DNA from: Oculina patagonica | Taxonomy: Eukaryota | Length of the DNA: 64,000 nucleotides | Assembly: GCF_052425735.1 (NCBI RefSeq) | Contig: NC_135769.1 | Coordinates: forward strand, 20,584,001-20,648,000 | Reading direction: 5' to 3' | Part shown: positions 60,284-64,000 of the stretch, piece by piece | Layout of the letters: each line of letters opens with the position of its first letter | Numbering within the stretch: the first letter of the stretch is position 1 | Translations under genes and position numbers: made by a program | Notes under the pieces: model-generated | The model's database searches: none | The model's input: only the letters and a program-made list of their open reading frames with translations | What the model was told of the DNA's origin: nothing

Positions 60284-61624
60284 TTAATAATCGTCTTCAT
60301 GTCCCTTGGAATATTTGTAAGGTGAGGTTCTGTGTAAACGCCGTGATTGTCTAGAAGGCCTCTTCGGTTTATCATCCAAATAATTTACTAAGCGAATTTG
60401 CGGGCGTTTACGCTTTTTAGGTGGGGACATTTCCACTGTGGGAGGAGGGGTCAAGATCGATGGAGGAGGGGAGGGAGGTAAGGGAGTGGAGGTTGCCATG
60501 GAAGTAATCACTTGTGGGTCTGGTGCTTGAACTGGAGTGGCTGGTACTGTCGCCAGTTCTGGACTCGGAGTTGGTACTGTTGGTAAATTCTCTGTGGTAG
60601 ATATTTGTTTCTTGTCTTGGGGTTCGGCCCACATTGTTGCCTCAGGTATAGAGTTAAGCTGGTGTTTGTACGTCAGAAACCTGTTTTGTAGCTGCATATA
60701 CTGCCTAGCTTTTTCGTCTTCTCCAAGGTCATTACGGGATAGAAGGCCATCCATTTTATTCTGCAAGCGTTGTATCTCCGTAACTACTGGGGCAGCCACC
60801 AGGTTTTGCTGCTTGAGATATTTCAGGAGTTCTTTAGAAACGCTGCCTTCTACTTCCCCGTTATCGAATCGTTCTTCACCAGGCAATACATTTGTTCGCA
60901 ATCTGCAACTGTCTTGAGTGGTTGGCTTAAGGTCAATAAACAGATAACCAAACGGTCTCCGCACCGCTTCTTCGTATTGTTTTATAAACCAAGCAGTTTC
61001 TCCAGGATACATTTGTTTCGCTAGGGTTAAAATCTGTAGCTTGTCGCGGGGATTCTTGAAAAGTAGCAAGTAATGACTGTTTAAGCTGATGCTTCTGTTA
61101 CCTTTGCCTTGATGGAACAGGTTTTGCACAATGTATACGACACTCAAGTTTCGATGATGGGAACCCTTTGTGAACAGGTTCACGATCCGATTATCACTCC
61201 CAGCTTCAATCATTTGGTCATCAATGACAATCAAGTTTCGTATATTAACATCAAAGAAGGAATCTTGTTCAAGAGTTGAGGGTATACCCTTGATGAATTC
61301 AATTCCGGGTATCGTCAACAATAACTCGCGATAGGCAGGTTGCCATTGAGAATAACACCAAACAATTCTCTCTGGAGGTGGGTGGATTGTCTTGTGAGCC
61401 TGTTGCAACAAAGATTTGACCCACACCGTCTTTCCCGAACCTGTCATTCCCGCCACCATACAGGTAAACGGATGCCCCAAGTGAAACCGCTGACACTTTT
61501 TTGGAGAAACCGACAAAGCTTGAAACGGAGGGAAACCGGAAGTGCTATGTTTACTGCTCATGTGTCTTTGCATGCTATCTTTTCTAGAAAAATTCTTTTG
61601 ACAAATAGGACAGGGCCAACTCAT
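60284..61624 (-). CDS. A32/FtsK-HerA-type viral DNA-packaging ATPase (Maverick type) with N-terminal C2H2 zinc finger and C-terminal extension
   Basis: C2H2 CPICQKNFSRKDSMQRHMSSKH; Walker A GMTGSGKT; Walker B LIVIDD; FTKGSHHRNLSVVYIVQNLF; SLNSHYLLLFKNPRD; PFGYLFIDL. Intronless and intact, with minus-strand AATAAA at ~60238-60243. Confidence 0.85.
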   Translation of the reverse strand: MSWPCPICQKNFSRKDSMQRHMSSKHSTSGFPPFQALSVSPKKCQRFHLGHPFTCMVAGMTGSGKTVWVKSLLQQAHKTIHPPPERIVWCYSQWQPAYRELLLTIPGIEFIKGIPSTLEQDSFFDVNIRNLIVIDDQMIEAGSDNRIVNLFTKGSHHRNLSVVYIVQNLFHQGKGNRSISLNSHYLLLFKNPRDKLQILTLAKQMYPGETAWFIKQYEEAVRRPFGYLFIDLKPTTQDSCRLRTNVLPGEERFDNGEVEGSVSKELLKYLKQQNLVAAPVVTEIQRLQNKMDGLLSRNDLGEDEKARQYMQLQNRFLTYKHQLNSIPEATMWAEPQDKKQISTTENLPTVPTPSPELATVPATPVQAPDPQVITSMATSTPLPPSPPPSILTPPPTVEMSPPKKRKRPQIRLVNYLDDKPKRPSRQSRRLHRTSPYKYSKGHEDDY

Positions 61625-61841
61625 GTCAACTGAACGAAAGGTTTACACAAACTGACAAAATGTGTGATGTTTCACAATTATATATTACATATAAACCATT
61701 NNNNNNNNNNNNNNNNNNNNNNNNNNNNNNNNNNNNNNNNNNNNNNNNNNNNNNNNNNNNNNNNNNNNNNNNNNNNNNNNNNNNNNNNNNNNNNNNNNNN
61801 NNNNNNNNNNNNNNNNNNNNNNNNNNNNNNNNNNNNNNNNN

Positions 61842-62535
61842 TTGTTTAACTCCACCACCGCCACCACCACAATCTATTGTTTAACTCCACCACCGCCACC
61901 ACCACAATCTATTCTTTAACTCCACCACCGCCACCACCACAATCTATTGTTTAACTCCACCACCACCACAATTCTATTGTTTAACTCCACCACCGCCACA
62001 ATTCTATTGTTTAACTCCACCACCACCACAATTCTATTGTTTAACTCCACCACCACCACAATCTATTGTTTAACTCCACCACCACCACAATTCTATTGTT
62101 TAACTCCACCACCGCCACAATTCTATTGTTTAACTCCACCACCACCACAATTCTATTGTTTAACTCCACCACCACCACCACCACCACAATCTATTGTTTA
62201 ACTCCACCACCACCACAATTCTATTGTTTAACTCCACCACCGCCACAATTCTATTGATTAACTCCACCACCACCACAATTCTATTGTTTAACTCCACCAC
62301 CACAATCTATTGTTTAACTCCACCACCACCACAATCTATTGTTTAACTCCACCACCACCACAATTCTATTGTTTAACTCCACCACCGCCACAATTCTATT
62401 GTTTAACTCCACCACCACCACAATTCTATTGTTTAACTCCACCACCACCACCACCACCACCACAATTCTATTGGTTAACTCCACCACCACCACAATTCTA
62501 TTGTTTAACTCAACCACCACCGCCACCACCACCAA
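61842..62535. repeat. Minisatellite (TTGTTTAACTC(CAC)nACAATTCTA, ~27-40 bp unit, ~20 copies), adjacent to assembly gap 61701-61841
   Basis: Directly visible. Unit length varies with the number of CAC triplets. Confidence 0.95.
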
Positions 62536-62570
62536 TAAAAGGATATATCGTACTAACATTAGTTCATTCT

Positions 62571-62903
62571 ATGATTATGTCTCGTGTAGTTAAGAACAAT
62601 CGAGGTTTCCTTCGACTCTTAGCCGACTGTCCTTCTTATCAGCGTCAGTTTCTTCTAAAGACGGCCACGCCACAACAGATACACGCATTAGTGCAACTTA
62701 TTTATAACGTTCTCACGGAAAACATACCGATCCCTGAAGAAGATAGGCGTAAATTGATGCCATATAAGGATGCTCTAGTCAACCTCGCTGAACCCAATGT
62801 TCCCTTCAAGACAAAGAAGCAAATTCTTGTACAAGAGGGTGGAGGCTTTATTCAAGAATTGCTGACCCCTGTTATAAGTAGTTTGGGGCTTCTTATGTTA
62901 TAA
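62571..62903 (+). CDS. Small Maverick/adintovirus-type protein (110 aa) ending QEGGGF + hydrophobic tail
   Basis: Pattern R..LL..A....I..L.....N.L..N.P......KL...K..L..LA......KK..L.Q.GGGF...LL.P.I..LG recalls the small conserved ORF found next to the ATPase in Mavericks (family recognition from memory). Confidence 0.7.
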   Translation: MIMSRVVKNNRGFLRLLADCPSYQRQFLLKTATPQQIHALVQLIYNVLTENIPIPEEDRRKLMPYKDALVNLAEPNVPFKTKKQILVQEGGGFIQELLTPVISSLGLLML

Positions 62904-62965
62904 AAGCAAAGCCGCATCCTAAAAAATGATCATTTGTATCTTGCTTTTAACAAGTGCTTATCGAT

Positions 62966-63793
62966 ATGAAGAGAAAGGTAGAATGGGATGATGAAGAGGA
63001 GGAAAGTGGAAAAGAAGACAATATATCCTCTGATGACGAGAGTGACAGCGAAGAACCCCGGATACAAGATGTCTTAAACAATCTCTCCAAAGCCGTTTCA
63101 AGAAAATATGCTTCTGAACTGCTGCATAGTATGGCCACCTCCAAAGATATCTTGTTTTGGACTCCCCGCGGACAATTACTCCGAAATCAACGTATAATAC
63201 CAGTAACAAACATCTCAGAGCTGGTTGAGTATGTTCTACTTCCATATAACGATGATGTAGCCAAACCCTGTGCACTCAATACCTTCCTGGAGGGACTGGC
63301 AGAGCTTGGGGTTAATAAGCGTTTGATAAAGAATAAGAAAATTCTAAGCGATATATTACAAAAAGAACAAGCCTATCGCGATAAAGAGGAAGAGGTTGAC
63401 GACGGTAACTCGACTGACAGTAACGAAGAGGAGGAAACACCTTCTGAGGAGGGTATTGAAGATGAAGAATCTCAAGAGAGCGACAGCGACAGCGATGAAG
63501 AAACTGAGAATAGCGATTCTGATAGTTCAGCTTTAATTCACGCAAAAGCTCATAATCCATGTCAACACTGCGAAGGTCCGAAGGTATATGATACTGCGGT
63601 CATGAAATGTTTTTGGGAAGATAACTGTAAAATTTGTCCTATATGCGAGCACGAGATTCCACTAGACCGAAAGTACGGAAAACACAGTTTGCGTCGATGT
63701 TATGATTGTGGAGCAATCATACACAAGAACGAAGAGACTTCTAAAATTACTTACTATCCCCCTAGAAATGACGAGGACGAAGACGATTCTTAA
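62966..63793 (+). CDS. Maverick-type accessory protein with acidic tracts and Cys-rich C-terminus
   Basis: Core ILFWTPRGQL....IIPVTNISELV...P.ALNTFLEGLAELGV...LIKN resembles a conserved Maverick accessory domain. Long D/E/S tracts, several CxxC pairs, AATAAA at ~63824. Confidence 0.65.
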   Translation: MKRKVEWDDEEEESGKEDNISSDDESDSEEPRIQDVLNNLSKAVSRKYASELLHSMATSKDILFWTPRGQLLRNQRIIPVTNISELVEYVLLPYNDDVAKPCALNTFLEGLAELGVNKRLIKNKKILSDILQKEQAYRDKEEEVDDGNSTDSNEEEETPSEEGIEDEESQESDSDSDEETENSDSDSSALIHAKAHNPCQHCEGPKVYDTAVMKCFWEDNCKICPICEHEIPLDRKYGKHSLRRCYDCGAIIHKNEETSKITYYPPRNDEDEDDS

Positions 63794-63874
63794 ATTCATC
63801 ATTGTAATGTGTTGAGCGATTAAAATAAAGTTTTGCTTGATTTACAATTTGTGTGTTTAGTGTCTAAGTGTCTA

Positions 63875-64000
63875 AACAATGCATGGTTAAGCCTCTGTCT
63901 GCTTGATCGTGAATATTAAACTATTCGATAGCTATTTGAGCTTCAAAAACCTCTAGTAAGCTAAAGGAAATATATCTTAAGTAATTTAAAAACGGAGCTT
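63875..64000 (-). repeat. Right terminal inverted repeat (partial, truncated by window)
   Basis: Reverse complement of 59104-59223. Confidence 0.85.

Larger units (their letters stand above)
58797..64000. mobile_element. Polinton/Maverick (adintovirus-like) element, apparently non-autonomous; right end beyond window
   Basis: 5' AGTAGT at 58797. 59104-59223 is the reverse complement (with a few substitutions and small indels) of 63875-64000. Encloses an A32-type ATPase and two Maverick-type ORFs. Confidence 0.8.

Noticed and set aside
60284-61624. Bacterial HerA/FtsK or prophage gene from contamination
   Set aside because: The eukaryotic C2H2 finger, NLS-like tail, poly(A) signals, Maverick-type motifs, TIRs and a nested host-type MITE indicate an endogenous Polinton-like element.
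61660-62570. Extensin-like (FYCLTPPPPQ)n or (LFNSTTTT)n proteins
   Set aside because: Artefacts of the minisatellite with frequent frameshifts. The credible ORF starts at ATG 62571.

Overview
AT-rich, intron-containing animal genomic DNA. The repeat families and gene content look cnidarian (stony-coral-like); this is an inference, not a database result. 1-8.5 kb is repeat-rich: MITEs, a ~205-bp satellite, a ~78-bp hairpin satellite, a Penelope-like fragment and a degenerate hammerhead. 8.8-43.1 kb is a compact housekeeping cluster with three head-to-head pairs (LYRM7/CWC2-like, GPANK1/MOSMO, RPL38/POP7) plus DXO and METTL23; all exon phases were reconstructed by hand. 46.9-56.9 kb is a 6-exon ABCC4/MRP4-like transporter. 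The most unusual feature starts at 58797. It is a ~5.5-kb Polinton/Maverick (adintovirus-like) element beginning AGTAGT, with long terminal inverted repeats; the right TIR runs off the window. It keeps only a C2H2-zinc-finger-fused A32-type packaging ATPase and two other Maverick-type ORFs, arranged divergently around a minisatellite. No pPolB, integrase, protease or capsid genes are visible, with a 141-N gap as the caveat. Also notable: an intronless fungal-type Cwc2 in an animal, adjacency of two MHC class III gene orthologues (DXO, GPANK1), at least nine palindromic MITEs with 9-bp TSDs, hammerhead ribozyme motifs, and a Helentron-like element carrying tRNA-like sequence.
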